Source: an uncultured bacterium
Lineage (GTDB): Bacteria; Actinomycetota; Thermoleophilia; Solirubrobacterales; 70-9
Reading direction: 5' to 3'
Length of the DNA stretch: 64,000 nucleotides
Assembly (NCBI GenBank): GCA_963772345.1
Contig: CAVYXB010000004.1
Location: 88,228 to 152,227, forward strand
This document shows, in pieces, positions 26,656 to 36,169 of this stretch. Position numbers and translations under genes: made by a program. The notes under the pieces were generated by a model that ran no database searches, had not been told where the DNA came from, and saw only the letters and a program-made list of their open reading frames with translations. How positions within the stretch are numbered: the first letter of the stretch is position 1; each line of letters opens with the position of its first letter.

Positions 26656-27314
26656 GTGCCGCCGGAGTCGGACGTAGAACTCGAGAAGCGAGCCGCCGCC
26701 GAGGCCGCTGTCGAGGCTGGTCGAGGATGGGATGACCGTCGGATTGGGGACCGGATCCACCGTTGCCTTCCTGCTTCCCCCATTGGCTGCCCGGAATCTG
26801 TCGATCCGCTGCGTCGCCACGTCACCGGCGACGCAGAGCGCCGCGGGCGAGCTGGGGCTCGAGGTGGAGCCGTTCGACGGCATCGATCGGCTCGACATCG
26901 CGATCGACGGGGCCGATCAGGTTGCCCCGGACGGCTGGCTGGTGAAGGGCGGCGGCGGGGCTCACGTCCGCGAGAAGATCGTCGCCGCCGCGGCGGAGCG
27001 GTTCGTGGTGATCGTGGACTCGGGAAAGCCGGTCGAGCAGCTGACGCCACCGGTGCCGTTGGAGCTCTCGGCGTTCGGGCTTCGGGCGACGCTTCGCGCT
27101 CTCGGGGACGACGGAGCTGCGCGATGCGCCGCGGAGCCCCGACGGCGGGGTGCTGGCCGATTACGCCGGTCCCGTCCGTGAGCCGGCGGAGCTGGCCGCC
27201 CGCTTGGCCGCGACGCCGGGGGTCGTCGGACACGGGCTCTTCCCCCCGGAGATGGTGAGCGACGTGTTGGTCGGGCGCGGCACGGGGGCGCAGGCGCTCG
27301 AGCTGACGGCATAG
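26656..27314 (+). CDS. rpiA: Ribose-5-phosphate isomerase A (reading frame broken at least 2 times)
   Basis: [13 protein letters not shown] (ORF 26656..) joins [16 protein letters not shown] and [13 protein letters not shown] (ORF 26732..27181). The C-terminus ([10 protein letters not shown]...) is in a third frame and ends at TAG 27312-27314. Confidence 0.88.
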
Positions 27315-27315
27315 C

Positions 27316-27918
27316 GTGGCCGAGCTCGGCGGCTGGCGGCTCTGGTGGACGAAGCGGCGCTGGTATGAGCGCAATGGCCGCCGGCTTCGGCGCTGGCGAA
27401 TCAACCGGCACATGGCGCGGGCCGGGGCATTCATCCGCTTCCCGGTGGAAGGCGAGGTCCTGGAGGCGCTGGAGGGTGGACGCCTCGTGATCGGCGCCGA
27501 CACCCTGCTCGAGCCGGGGTGCTGGTTGACGCTCTCTCCCGAGGCCCGAATCGAGATCGGCCGGGGATGCTTCCTCAACCGCAACGTGATGCTCGCCGCG
27601 CTCGACCGGATCGAGATCGGCGATCACGTGATGTTCGCCAACGGCTGCTTCGTCGGCGACGCCGACCACCGATTCGACGACCCGGATCTGCCGGTCACCT
27701 GGCAGGGCTTTTCATCGGCGGGGCCGGTTCGGATCGGCTCCAACTGCTGGTTCGGGGTCAACTGCGTGGTCACGAGCGGAGTGACGATCGGCGAGCGCTG
27801 CGTGATCGGCGCCAACTCGGTGGTCACCCAGGACCTTCCGCGGGGGGTGATCGCCGCGGGGATCCCGGCCCGAGTGATCCGCGAGATCGACTTCGGTCGC
27901 AGTGAAGGGGAGGAGTAG
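27316..27918 (+). CDS. Left-handed beta-helix (hexapeptide-repeat) acetyltransferase
   Basis: The 200-aa ORF is intact, with hexapeptide repeats (IGDHVMFANGCFVG, IGSNCWFGVNCVV, IGERCVIGANSVV). It starts 2 nt after the rpiA stop. Confidence 0.8.
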   Translation: MAELGGWRLWWTKRRWYERNGRRLRRWRINRHMARAGAFIRFPVEGEVLEALEGGRLVIGADTLLEPGCWLTLSPEARIEIGRGCFLNRNVMLAALDRIEIGDHVMFANGCFVGDADHRFDDPDLPVTWQGFSSAGPVRIGSNCWFGVNCVVTSGVTIGERCVIGANSVVTQDLPRGVIAAGIPARVIREIDFGRSEGEE

Positions 27919-27919
27919 G

Positions 27920-28510
27920 GTGAGCCGAGATGTGCGTGAGCGACCTGGAGATGGCCTTCCTGATGATCCGCGAGCGGGTCCCGCTGCCGCTCGCGCGGTC
28001 GCAGCCGGCCTCGCCCTGGTCGGCGTCGCCCTCATCGCCCCAGCCCTGGCTGGATGCGGGGGAGGAGGAGGGGGCTCCGGCGATGGGTCGAGCTCGACGA
28101 CCGGCGCAGCCGGCGGATCTACAGCGACGACGACGAGCACGGACACCCGGAGCGCCGAGCAGCCGCCGAAGGGGCTCGGCTCCCCCGCCGCCGTTCGATC
28201 CGTCGTGGAAAGGGTTCTCACGTCCACCGATCCGGCGGACGCCTGCGGCGAGTACGTCACCCAGCGCTACTTGAGCACCGCCTACGGCGGGAAGCAGGCA
28301 TGCATTCAGGCCCAACGGCCGGGCATCGCCGCGACTTCCCTCAGCTCGTTTCGCATCGCGAGCCAACGCGGTGGGGGGAGGGCGGTGGACGCCTCGGTCG
28401 TGCTCCACGGCGGTCCCTACGACGGCAGCACCGCCAAGGTGGGCCTGCTGTTCGAGGCCGGGCAATACCGGGTGAACGCTCTGGGTGCCAACGTACCGGT
28501 AGGCCCGTAA
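27920..28510 (+). CDS. Lipoprotein, function unknown
   Basis: A GGAGGAG RBS precedes GTG 27920. The signal peptide carries a lipobox (LIAPALAGC) and is followed by a Gly/Ser/Thr linker and a ~120-aa domain. The N-terminal region is uncertain (alternative starts 27902 and 27932). Confidence 0.65.
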   Translation: MSRDVRERPGDGLPDDPRAGPAAARAVAAGLALVGVALIAPALAGCGGGGGGSGDGSSSTTGAAGGSTATTTSTDTRSAEQPPKGLGSPAAVRSVVERVLTSTDPADACGEYVTQRYLSTAYGGKQACIQAQRPGIAATSLSSFRIASQRGGGRAVDASVVLHGGPYDGSTAKVGLLFEAGQYRVNALGANVPVGP

Positions 28511-28524
28511 GCTCGCTCCGGGGC

Positions 28525-30213
28525 ATGGCCGCCGGAATCAAGATCGGGTCGATCTTCGCGGGCTACAGCATCGAGGGGGTGCTGGGACGAGGCGGGATGG
28601 GCGTCGTCTACCTCGCGGAACAGCACGAGCTGGGGCGCAAGGTGGCGATCAAGGTGATCGCGCCGGCGCTGGCCAGTGATCCCGACTACCTGCGCCGCTT
28701 CAAGCACGAGTCGCGCCTTGCGGCCGCGATCGAGCACCCGAACGCGATCCCGATCTACGAGGCGGGGGTGGCGGAGGACGAGATCCCGTACCTCGTGATG
28801 CGCTACGTGGACGGCGTGGACCTCGCCACCCTGCTCCGTCAGGAGGGGAAGCTCGACGGGGCCCGGGCCGCGCGGATCGTCGAGCAGGTATCCGGCGCGC
28901 TCGACGAGGCACACGCCCGGGGCCTCGTGCATCGGGACGTGAAGCCGGGCAACGTGATCGTCGAGAAGCGGCGCGGCGGAGAGCAGGCCTACCTCACGGA
29001 CTTCGGCCTGACGAAGCAGATGGACGCCACCAGCGGCGTGACTGCAACCGGTCGCTGGGTGGGGACGATCGACTACGCCTCACCCGAACAGATCAAGGGC
29101 AAGCAGGTCGACGCCAGGTCCGACGTCTACTCGCTCGGCTGCGTGATGTTCGTGGCGCTCACCGGGCGGCTCCCGTTCGAGCGCGAGGCGGAGGTGGCAA
29201 AGCTCTACGCGCACATCAACGACCCGGCGCCGGCGCCCAGCAGCTACGCGCCCGGCCTGACCGGCGAGCTCGACCCGGTGGTCGCCCGCGCCCTGGCGAA
29301 GGACCCTGAGGAGCGGTTTCCCTCTGCCGGCGACCTCGGGCGCGCAGCGCTCGCCGCGGTGACCGGTTCGGCAATCGCGGAGCCCGAGCGCACCGTCGCG
29401 ACGGGCGAGGCGGCGCCTCTGCCGCCCCAGGACACGCCCGCGGCTTTCCCCGAGAGCCCTCCGGGGCCGACGGCTCCCGTGACGGCCCCGTCGGCAGGAG
29501 CTCCCGAGGCGCCCACGGGCGCGACCGTGGAATCGGCGCCGCCGACGCAGCCGGACGCCGAGCGGAAGGGCCGTGGCGGGCGGGGTAGGTGGGTGGCGGG
29601 GATCGCGGGTGCGGCCGTGGTGGCGGGGCTGGTGGCGCTTGGCGTTACCCAGCTCGGGGGCGGCGGGAATGACAACGCGGACGGCGGTGGTGGAGGGGGA
29701 GGTAACGGCGGCGGTGCCCAGACGTCCGGGATCACCTTCGAGGCGTTCAAGAAGGCAACGGCGTTCACTGTCGATGTACCGAAGGGCTGGGAGCTTCGCC
29801 AGCTCGAGAGTCAGAGCGAAACCGCGATCAAGACCAAGTTCGTGAGCCCAGACCGCGATGCGAATGTCCAGATCGTCCAAGAGTCCACGGCAAGCTCACC
29901 GACCCAGCGTGCTCGTGAGGCCCTCAATCTCCGCCAGCGGGAGTCCGACCGGGCGGGGACTACGTTCACGCCACTCGTTGATCCGCCCGAGCAGCAGGCG
30001 GTCGACGGCGGCCGCTCGACTGCTCTCCTCGGTTATCAGTGGGAGGAGGAGCCCGGGATCAAGCCCGACCCGGCGAGCGTCTTCAACTACATCTTCGACG
30101 ACACCGGTCGGGGCTGGAGAACCCGCGCCGCGGTGGGGGGAACGAGCCAGCAGAGCATCGATCAGGCCAAGGCCATCGCAACCGAGATGGCGAGCACCCT
30201 GAAGCCGAAATAG
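28525..30213 (+). CDS. Transmembrane Ser/Thr protein kinase with a non-PASTA extracellular domain
   Basis: The gene is intact. Hanks kinase motifs are present: GRGGMGVVY, VAIK, HRDVKPGN, DFGL, SPEQ. They are followed by a Pro-rich linker, one TM helix (WVAGIAGAAVVAGLVALGV), a Gly-rich spacer and a ~190-aa extracytoplasmic domain of unknown family. Confidence 0.92.
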   Translation: MAAGIKIGSIFAGYSIEGVLGRGGMGVVYLAEQHELGRKVAIKVIAPALASDPDYLRRFKHESRLAAAIEHPNAIPIYEAGVAEDEIPYLVMRYVDGVDLATLLRQEGKLDGARAARIVEQVSGALDEAHARGLVHRDVKPGNVIVEKRRGGEQAYLTDFGLTKQMDATSGVTATGRWVGTIDYASPEQIKGKQVDARSDVYSLGCVMFVALTGRLPFEREAEVAKLYAHINDPAPAPSSYAPGLTGELDPVVARALAKDPEERFPSAGDLGRAALAAVTGSAIAEPERTVATGEAAPLPPQDTPAAFPESPPGPTAPVTAPSAGAPEAPTGATVESAPPTQPDAERKGRGGRGRWVAGIAGAAVVAGLVALGVTQLGGGGNDNADGGGGGGGNGGGAQTSGITFEAFKKATAFTVDVPKGWELRQLESQSETAIKTKFVSPDRDANVQIVQESTASSPTQRAREALNLRQRESDRAGTTFTPLVDPPEQQAVDGGRSTALLGYQWEEEPGIKPDPASVFNYIFDDTGRGWRTRAAVGGTSQQSIDQAKAIATEMASTLKPK

Positions 30214-30231
30214 GCGACGGGCCCCGTCGCC
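30213..30231. terminator. GC-rich hairpin between the convergent kinase and secreted-protein genes (possible bidirectional terminator)
   Basis: The sequence is ggcgacgg-gcc-ccgtcgcc (8-bp perfect stem, 3-nt loop), starting at the last base of the kinase stop codon. There is no clear U-tract. Confidence 0.45.
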
Positions 30232-30268
30232 GAGGCCCGTCGCCACTCGTCGGTTTCTCGCCTGACCG

Positions 30269-30887
30269 CTACTTGTAGACGGCCTGGAGGAGCAGCCAGC
30301 AGCCGTCGGTGTAGTCGAGGGTCTGGAAGGGACCGCCGACCGGCAGCGCGGGCTGGAACAGGAACTGGTTGGGGCCGCCGGAGCTGCACCGCAACATGCT
30401 CGTCTTCCGGGACTTGGCGGCCAGGTACTCGCCCTTGGAGACCGGGACGTTCACATGGAACGACTCGACCTCGTAGGGCTCGTCGCCGACCTGGCCGTCG
30501 TAGTGCAGCTTCGGCCCCTGCTGGACGACCTTGGCCTTGTCCTTGTTGGGCTTGGCCTTCGCGATCTGGAACCGGAAGCTCCCGGGGCCGCCCGCGATCA
30601 CCTTGATCTTCCCGATCACGCCGTCCTTCGGCGCTCGCTCGTGACCGGCGTGGTTATAGGCGTCCATCTCGACACGGGTGCACGGCTCGGCTCGGCATGC
30701 CGAAGACGCACTTCTGAGCCGGCAGCGAGTTCGAGGGCTGGATCGTCCCGTTCAGCTTGGCGCCGAACGAGGAAGCGGCCATGCCCGTGGCGGGAGCGAC
30801 CATGAGGGCCGCGACGCCCAGGGCGAGGACGAGACCGATCCGCCTGGCGATCCTGCGATTGACGTTGATCTTGCTGGTGTGGGTCAT
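30269..30887 (-). CDS. Secreted hypothetical protein (one frame break ~30660)
   Basis: An AAGGAG RBS precedes ATG 30887. The signal peptide (RIGLVLALGVAALMVAPATGMAASS) is in the tail of ORF 30654..31715, and the protein continues in ORF 30269..30667. It contains several Cys residues. I recognise no family. Confidence 0.6.
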
Positions 30888-30986
30888 CGAGTTTCTCCTT
30901 CTTGATCGTTTCTTCCCGACACCCAGAGTTTCGGGGCGTGGGGAGGGTCCGACCAGGGAGCCAAGGTCTTGATCCGTGTGACCGCC

Positions 30987-31006
30987 GGGGTGGTCCGGAT
31001 CACCCC
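30987..31006. promoter_or_regulatory. 20-bp near-perfect palindrome (candidate LuxR-type operator, or terminator stem) between the FHA-LuxR gene and the secreted-protein gene
   Basis: ggggtggtccggatcacccc has 9 of 10 symmetric positions. It lies 28 nt past the regulator stop and ~100 nt upstream of ATG 30887. Confidence 0.35.
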
Positions 31007-31033
31007 TTGGTGCGGCCGCCGCCGCCGATGCGA

Positions 31034-31715
31034 CTAGAGATCGCGGTCCGTGATCAGCCCCGTCTGAAGAGCGCGTTCGACGACGGCCAGGCGCTTGCGG
31101 TTCTGGGGCAGGTCCTGGACTCCGAACTTGTCGAACAGCGCCCGCATGTGGGTCTTGACGGCGTCGACGCTCAGGTGCAGCGCCTCCGCGATCTGCTGAT
31201 TCGTGGGCGGGGCGGCGAACGCCGCCCCCTCCTTGAACGGGCGGCAGAGCTCGACGAGCACCCGCCGCTGGGCGGGCGAGACGTCGGCGGCGGTCAGGGC
31301 GTCGCTCGCGATCACGGTCGACTTCGCCTCGGCGCCCGCGGGGGCGCGGTACAGCACCGCCGTGCGGCCAAAGCGCAGCATGTCCCCGTCGCGGAGCCGG
31401 TGTCGCCCGCTCACCCGCTCCCCGTTCACGTACGGAGCCGTTTCGCGACAGACCCTCGTCCACCAACGTGCACTCGTCGCGAACGATCTCGAGCTGCGCG
31501 TGGAGCGCCGAGACCTCCTCGTCCCACGACAGGCGGACGTCGGCCGAGGAGCTCCGTCCGACCCACAGCTCCGGGGCCTCGCCAAGTGCGACGAGTCGCT
31601 GCTCGCCGCCGTCGTCGCGATAGACGAGAAAGGGGCTGCCGACCCGCTCGGCCTCGATCTGGGCCTTGAGCTCCGACGCGGTGAACGCGTGCGGGCCGGG
31701 CTCCGCAGCGGGCAT
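31034..31715 (-). CDS. FHA-domain / LuxR-type HTH transcriptional regulator (one frame break ~31430-31450)
   Basis: The N-terminal FHA domain (LWVGRSSSADVRLSWDEEVSALHAQL...NGTYVNGERV...GDMLRFG) comes from ORFs 30654..31715 and 31034..31585. The C-terminal LuxR HTH reads TNQQIAEALHLSVDAVKTHMRALFDKFGV. ATG 31715 overlaps the yjbQ stop. Confidence 0.8.
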
Positions 31716-32131
31716 CAGCTCACGACCTGGACGACGATGGTTCGCTCGCGGGGCCGATCGTCGAAGTCGATCAGCACCAGCTGCTGCCAGGTGCCGAGCG
31801 CGAGCTCGCCGCGCTCGATGGGGACGACCTCGGACGCCCCCACGATCGACGCGCGCTGGTGTGCGTGCGAGTTGGTGTCGTGGTTGAGCCTGTTGTGCTC
31901 GTAGTCGCCGTCGGCCGGGATCAGCCGGTCGAGCAGCATCTGGAGGTCGTGCACCCCGCCCGGCTCGTACTCCATCGTCGTGATCGCCGCCGTCGATCCC
32001 CGCACGAAGGCCGCCGCCTGGCCCTCGGTCGCGCGGGACTCGGCCACGGCCGCCCGGACGCGATCCGTGATGTCGACGATCTCGGAGTCGCCTCTCGTCG
32101 ACAGCCGAAACTCCGAGGTCTGGACGGGCAC
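31715..32131 (-). CDS. yjbQ: YjbQ/UPF0047 family protein (secondary thiamine-phosphate synthase-like)
   Basis: The gene is intact from GTG 32131: VQTSEFRLSTRGDSEIVDITDRV...GSTAAITTMEYEPG...NSHAHQRASIVGASEVVPI...GTWQQLVLIDFD. Confidence 0.8.
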   Translation of the reverse strand: MPVQTSEFRLSTRGDSEIVDITDRVRAAVAESRATEGQAAAFVRGSTAAITTMEYEPGGVHDLQMLLDRLIPADGDYEHNRLNHDTNSHAHQRASIVGASEVVPIERGELALGTWQQLVLIDFDDRPRERTIVVQVVS

Positions 32132-32141
32132 GCCCTCGTTT

Positions 32142-33038
32142 CTACCAGTCCCAGGGTGCGGTGGCGAGGCTCTCGGAGTCGAGGTAGCGCTTGAGCTCCG
32201 CCACCTCGTCCTCGTCCACCGAGTAGACGTGCTCGGCGTCCGGGAACCGCCGGGCCCGGACCTCGCTCGCATAGGCGCTCACGCCCTCGACCATCTGATC
32301 GTGGATCGCCGCGTAGCGCTTCACGAAGCGCGGGCTGTGCGGTCCTGTGGTGATCCCGAGCAGGTCGTGGAAGACGAGCACCTGTCCGTCGGTTCCGAGC
32401 CCCGCGCCGATCCCGATCACCGGCACCTCGATCCGGGACATGAGCGCCTCGGTCACTGCGGCGGGGACCGCCTCGAAGACGATCGCGAAGCAGCCCGCCG
32501 CCTGCAGGGCGAACGCGTCCCGCGCGATCTGCGCGGCCGACTCCGCCGTGCGTCCCTGGGTCTTGAAACCGCCGAGGGCGCTGGCGGTCTGAGGCGTCAG
32601 CCCCACGTGACCCACGACGGGGATGCCCGAGCGGACGATGGCCTGCGCCCGCTCCACGGACGGCCCGCCACGCTCGAGCTTCACGGCGTCGCAGCCCGCC
32701 TCGCGGACGAACCGCTGCGCGTTGTCGATCGCGTGCTCGTTGGAGCGCTCGTAAGAGCCGAATGGCAGGTCCCCGATCAGGAGAGGCCTGCTCAGCCCCC
32801 GGCGGACGGCGGCGGCCATGGTGACCATCTCGTCCATGCCGACCGGTGTGGTCGCGTCGTAGCCGAGCACCACCATGGCCGCGGTGTCGCCGACCAGCAC
32901 CACGTCGACCCCGGCCTCATCGGCCACCTGAGCGGACGGGAAGTCGTAAGCCGTGACCATGACGATCGGCTCGCCGCGTGCCTTCATCTCACCCAGGGTC
33001 GGGATCATGACCCGGCTTCGCTCCGGTTCTGTGCTCAT
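32142..33038 (-). CDS. panB: 3-methyl-2-oxobutanoate hydroxymethyltransferase
   Basis: The 298-aa ORF is intact, with MVTAYDFPSAQ, VLVGDTAAMVVLGY, VKLERGG and VGHVGLTPQ. Confidence 0.93.
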   Translation of the reverse strand: MSTEPERSRVMIPTLGEMKARGEPIVMVTAYDFPSAQVADEAGVDVVLVGDTAAMVVLGYDATTPVGMDEMVTMAAAVRRGLSRPLLIGDLPFGSYERSNEHAIDNAQRFVREAGCDAVKLERGGPSVERAQAIVRSGIPVVGHVGLTPQTASALGGFKTQGRTAESAAQIARDAFALQAAGCFAIVFEAVPAAVTEALMSRIEVPVIGIGAGLGTDGQVLVFHDLLGITTGPHSPRFVKRYAAIHDQMVEGVSAYASEVRARRFPDAEHVYSVDEDEVAELKRYLDSESLATAPWDW

Positions 33039-33044
33039 CCCCTC

Positions 33045-33903
33045 CTAGCCTCCGATCACGAGGTTGTCGATCAGGCGGGCCCGCCCGAACCGCGCCGCGA
33101 CGGCCACGAGAACGGGCCGTCCGTTCAAGCTCTCCACCGGAGCGAGGCTCTCCGCATCGCGCGCCTCCAGGTAGTCCGGCTCGACCCCCGCCCGCTCGAG
33201 CTCCGCGGTCGCGGCGGCGAGCACCGGTTCGATCCGCGTTTCCCCCGCCTCGGCGGCATCACGGGCGGCGCGCAGGGCGCGGCTCAGCGAAGCCGCGCGG
33301 CGGCGCTCGTCCGGCTCCAGGTATGCGTTTCGCGAGCTCATCGCAAGGCCATCCGCTTCACGAACGGTGGGGAGGACCTCGATCTTCACCGGGAAGTCGA
33401 GGTCGTTCACCATCGGCGGATCACGACCGCCTGCTGGGCGTCCTTCTGACCGAAGAAGGCGACCTGCGGACCGACCGCGTTCAGCAGCTTCGCCACCACC
33501 GTGGTCACCCCGCGGAAATGGCCGGGGCCGCGTTGATCGGCAGCACCCTCGAGGACCTCCGTCAGCGCCCCCTCCACCTCGACCCAGGTCGAGAAGCCGT
33601 CCGGATAGACGTCCTCGACGTCAGGCGCGTAGAGGAGGTCGACCCCCGCGTCGGCCGCAAGCTCGGCGTCGCGGGCGTCATCGCGAGGGTAGGCGTTCGA
33701 GGTCCTCGCTCGGGCTTGAACTGCGCCGGGTTGACGAACGAGCTCATGACGACCACGTCGCAGCGCTCTCTCGCCGCCCGAATCAGGGACAGGTGGCCGT
33801 CGTGCAGGTAGCCCATCGTCGGCACGAGGCCGATTGCGCGCCCGGCGCCGCGCGCCGGCTCGAGCGCGCTTCGGAGCTCGGCCTTGGTGCGCACGACCTT
33901 CAC
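33045..33903 (-). CDS. panC: Pantoate--beta-alanine ligase (reading frame broken at least 2-3 times)
   Basis: ORF 33562..33903 ([26 protein letters not shown]), a middle segment ([15 protein letters not shown]...FGQKDAQQ) and ORF 33045..33413 ([10 protein letters not shown]) join into one protein. Confidence 0.9.
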
Positions 33904-34103
33904 GCTGACGCCCCCGCGTCGCGTGCGGCCTCGTCGGGAAGATCCCGTTCCAGTTCCCTCATCGGAGATACCAGACGGCGTTCACATCTCGTCGTTGGTC
34001 CTGTGGCCGTTCGAGACGGCCGGTCCACGCCCGTCGGGTCGCGGCCAACACGGAGTATAGGTAGGGCGCTCGACACGGCTGGCGGCGCGGCTACCATCGG
34101 GCC

Positions 34104-34373
34104 GTGCCGATCTACGAGTTCCGGTGCGAGCGCTGCGGAGGCCGCTTCGAGGAGTTGGTCGAGGCCGGGACGGAGACGGTCGCCTGTCGGAGCTGCGGCG
34201 CCGAGCGGACCACGAGGGTGTACTCGCCGCAGGGCGCGCCGTTCAAGCTGGTCAAGACCGGCAGCGACCTGCGTAAGCAGGAGCGAAGCAATTCCCAGCT
34301 CCGCGAGCGCGCCAGGAGCCAGGCGGCGAGGCGCCGCGGGCGGGCCGGGGGCTCGAACGGAGGGCGGGCTTGA
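34104..34373 (+). CDS. FmdB-family zinc-ribbon protein
   Basis: The gene is intact: MPIYEFRCERCGGRFEELV...VACRSCGA (CxxC...CxxC). TACCAT lies 6 nt upstream of GTG 34104. Confidence 0.8.
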   Translation: MPIYEFRCERCGGRFEELVEAGTETVACRSCGAERTTRVYSPQGAPFKLVKTGSDLRKQERSNSQLRERARSQAARRRGRAGGSNGGRA

Positions 34374-35046
34374 GCGATTCCCCGGAGCGTCGGCGCGAGC
34401 GCCTGGTCGAGGTCTACCACGAGGCCTCCGAGTGCACCAAATGCCCCCTCTCCGAGACTCGTACCAACGTCGTCTTCGGCGCCGGCAACGCGGACGCCGG
34501 GCTGATGTTCGTGGGCGAGGCGCCAGGCGCCGAGGAGGATCGCCAGGGGCTCCCGTTCGTCGGGCGCGCCGGAGGGCTCCTGACCGAACTGCTGGCCGGG
34601 ATCGGGATGGAGCGCGGCGACGTATGGATCTGCAACGTGCTCAAGTGCCGGCCGCCGGGCAACCGCGACCCCCAGCCGATCGAGATCGAATCCTGCGAGC
34701 CGTACCTGTTCAGCCAGGTGGAGCTGATCGAGCCCCGGGTCGTCGCGACGCTCGGCAACTTCGCCACCAAGCTCCTGACCGGAAGCCGGGTCGGGATCAC
34801 CCGCGTGCGGGGCACGCCACAGGTGCGGGAGATCGGGGATCGAACCGTGTTCCTGCTGCCCCTGCTGCATCCCGGCGGCGGCGCTTCGGACGCCGTCGCT
34901 CATGGACACGCTTCGCGAGGACTTCGCCAAGCTCGCCGGAGCTGATCGAGCGGCCCCTTCCCGAGGACGCTCGGGCGCCCACCGTCGCGGAACTCGCGGC
35001 GAGCTCGGGCGAGCCGCCGGCGGATCAGCTCGACCTGTTCGGTTGA
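34370..35046 (+). CDS. udg: Uracil-DNA glycosylase, family 4 (one frame break ~34880-34900)
   Basis: Evidence includes the Fe-S Cys pattern (CTKCPL), GEAPGAEEDRQGLPFVGRAG, NVLKCRPPGNRDP and LLHP. The C-terminal tail is in another frame and ends at TGA 35044-35046. The start overlaps the fmdB stop. Confidence 0.85.
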
Positions 35047-35474
35047 CGGTGGAGCGAAGCTCCTCCCCGGAGGAGACGCGAGGCGATCGGGGCGCGGCTC
35101 GCCGCCGGCGCTGCGGCCGGGCGACGTAGTGCTCGTCAGCGGGGAGCTCGGCACCGGCAAGACGACGTTGATCCGCGGAGCGTGCCGCGAGCTCGGCGTC
35201 GATCAAGCCGTGACCTCGCCCACGTTCACCATCGGGCACCGGTATCGGGGGCGCGTGCCGGTCTCCCACCTCGACCTGTTCCGCCTCGGTGACCTGGGCG
35301 CCGAGGACCCGGGGCTCCTGGACGACTACCTGACGCCCGGACGCGATCGCGTTCGTCGAATGGCCGCCCGCGGCCGATGCGCTGAACGAGCCGGCGGCGC
35401 TCCGCGTCGAGCTGACGCACCAGGGCGGTGACCGCCGTGAGATCTCGGTGACGGGCCCGAGGGCGAAGGCGTGA
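35043..35474 (+). CDS. tsaE: tRNA t6A37 biosynthesis ATPase TsaE (reading frame broken ~3 times)
   Basis: TTG 35043 overlaps the udg stop. The P-loop [17 protein letters not shown] and SPTFTI are in ORF 35129..35431, and the C-terminus AFVEWP is in another frame. TGA 35472-35474 overlaps the tsaB GTG. Confidence 0.85.
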
Positions 35475-36169
35475 CCACGATCGTCGGCTGGGACACCGCC
35501 ACGGACGACCTGGTCGTGGCGGTGACGAGGAACGGAGAGGCGCTCAGCGAGCGCGCGCTGGCGCCTCGCGACGGAGCGCGCCCCCGCCACGCGGGCGAGC
35601 TGCTTGCCGAGGTCGAGGCTGCGGCGGAGCGGGCCGGCGGATGGCGGGAGGTCGACGCGATCGCGGTGGGGATCGGGCCCGGCTCCTTCACCGGCCTGCG
35701 GATCGGCCTGGCGACGGCCCGTGCGTTCGCCCAGGCGCTGACCCTGCCCGTGGTCCCGGTTGGAACCCTGGCGGCGCTCGGCCGCGGGATCGTCGAGGGC
35801 GCGGATGACCGGCCAGGCGCTCCCGGTTCTGGACGCGCGCCGGGGACAGGTCTTCGCCGCTCTCTACGGGCCGTCGGGTGAGCGAGGTCTGGCCGCCGCT
35901 GGTCGCCGCCCCCGGCGAGCTCGCTGGGCGGGTTCGTTCCCTGCCCACGCCTGTCGGTGGCCGCCGGATCGGGGGCTGTACGATTTCGACCTGAGCTGGA
36001 GGCAGCGGGTGCCGAGATCCCTCCCGAATCAGACTCGGCGCACCGCGTCTCGGGGCGAAATCTCTGTCTGCTCGCCGAGGCCGGTACCCCGTCGCCGCCA
36101 GACTCGATTCGACCGATCTACCTGAGACCACCCGACGCGGAGCTTTGGCGTGAGCGAGATGCAGGTTAG
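35471..36169 (+). CDS. tsaB: tRNA t6A37 biosynthesis protein TsaB (reading frame broken at least 2 times)
   Basis: Recognisable pieces are [42 protein letters not shown] and a C-terminus ending ...[10 protein letters not shown]. They are spread over ORFs 35471.., 35760.. and 35957..36169. Confidence 0.85.

Noticed and set aside
33904-34103. Possible riboswitch or leader in the 200-nt panC/fmdB divergent region (hairpin ggccgt-tcgag-acggcc at about 34008-34025; ORF 33900..34097 on the minus strand)
   Set aside because: There is only one short hairpin and no recognisable riboswitch core. The ORF is Arg/Pro-rich with no coding signature. fmdB appears to have its own -10 element right at its start.
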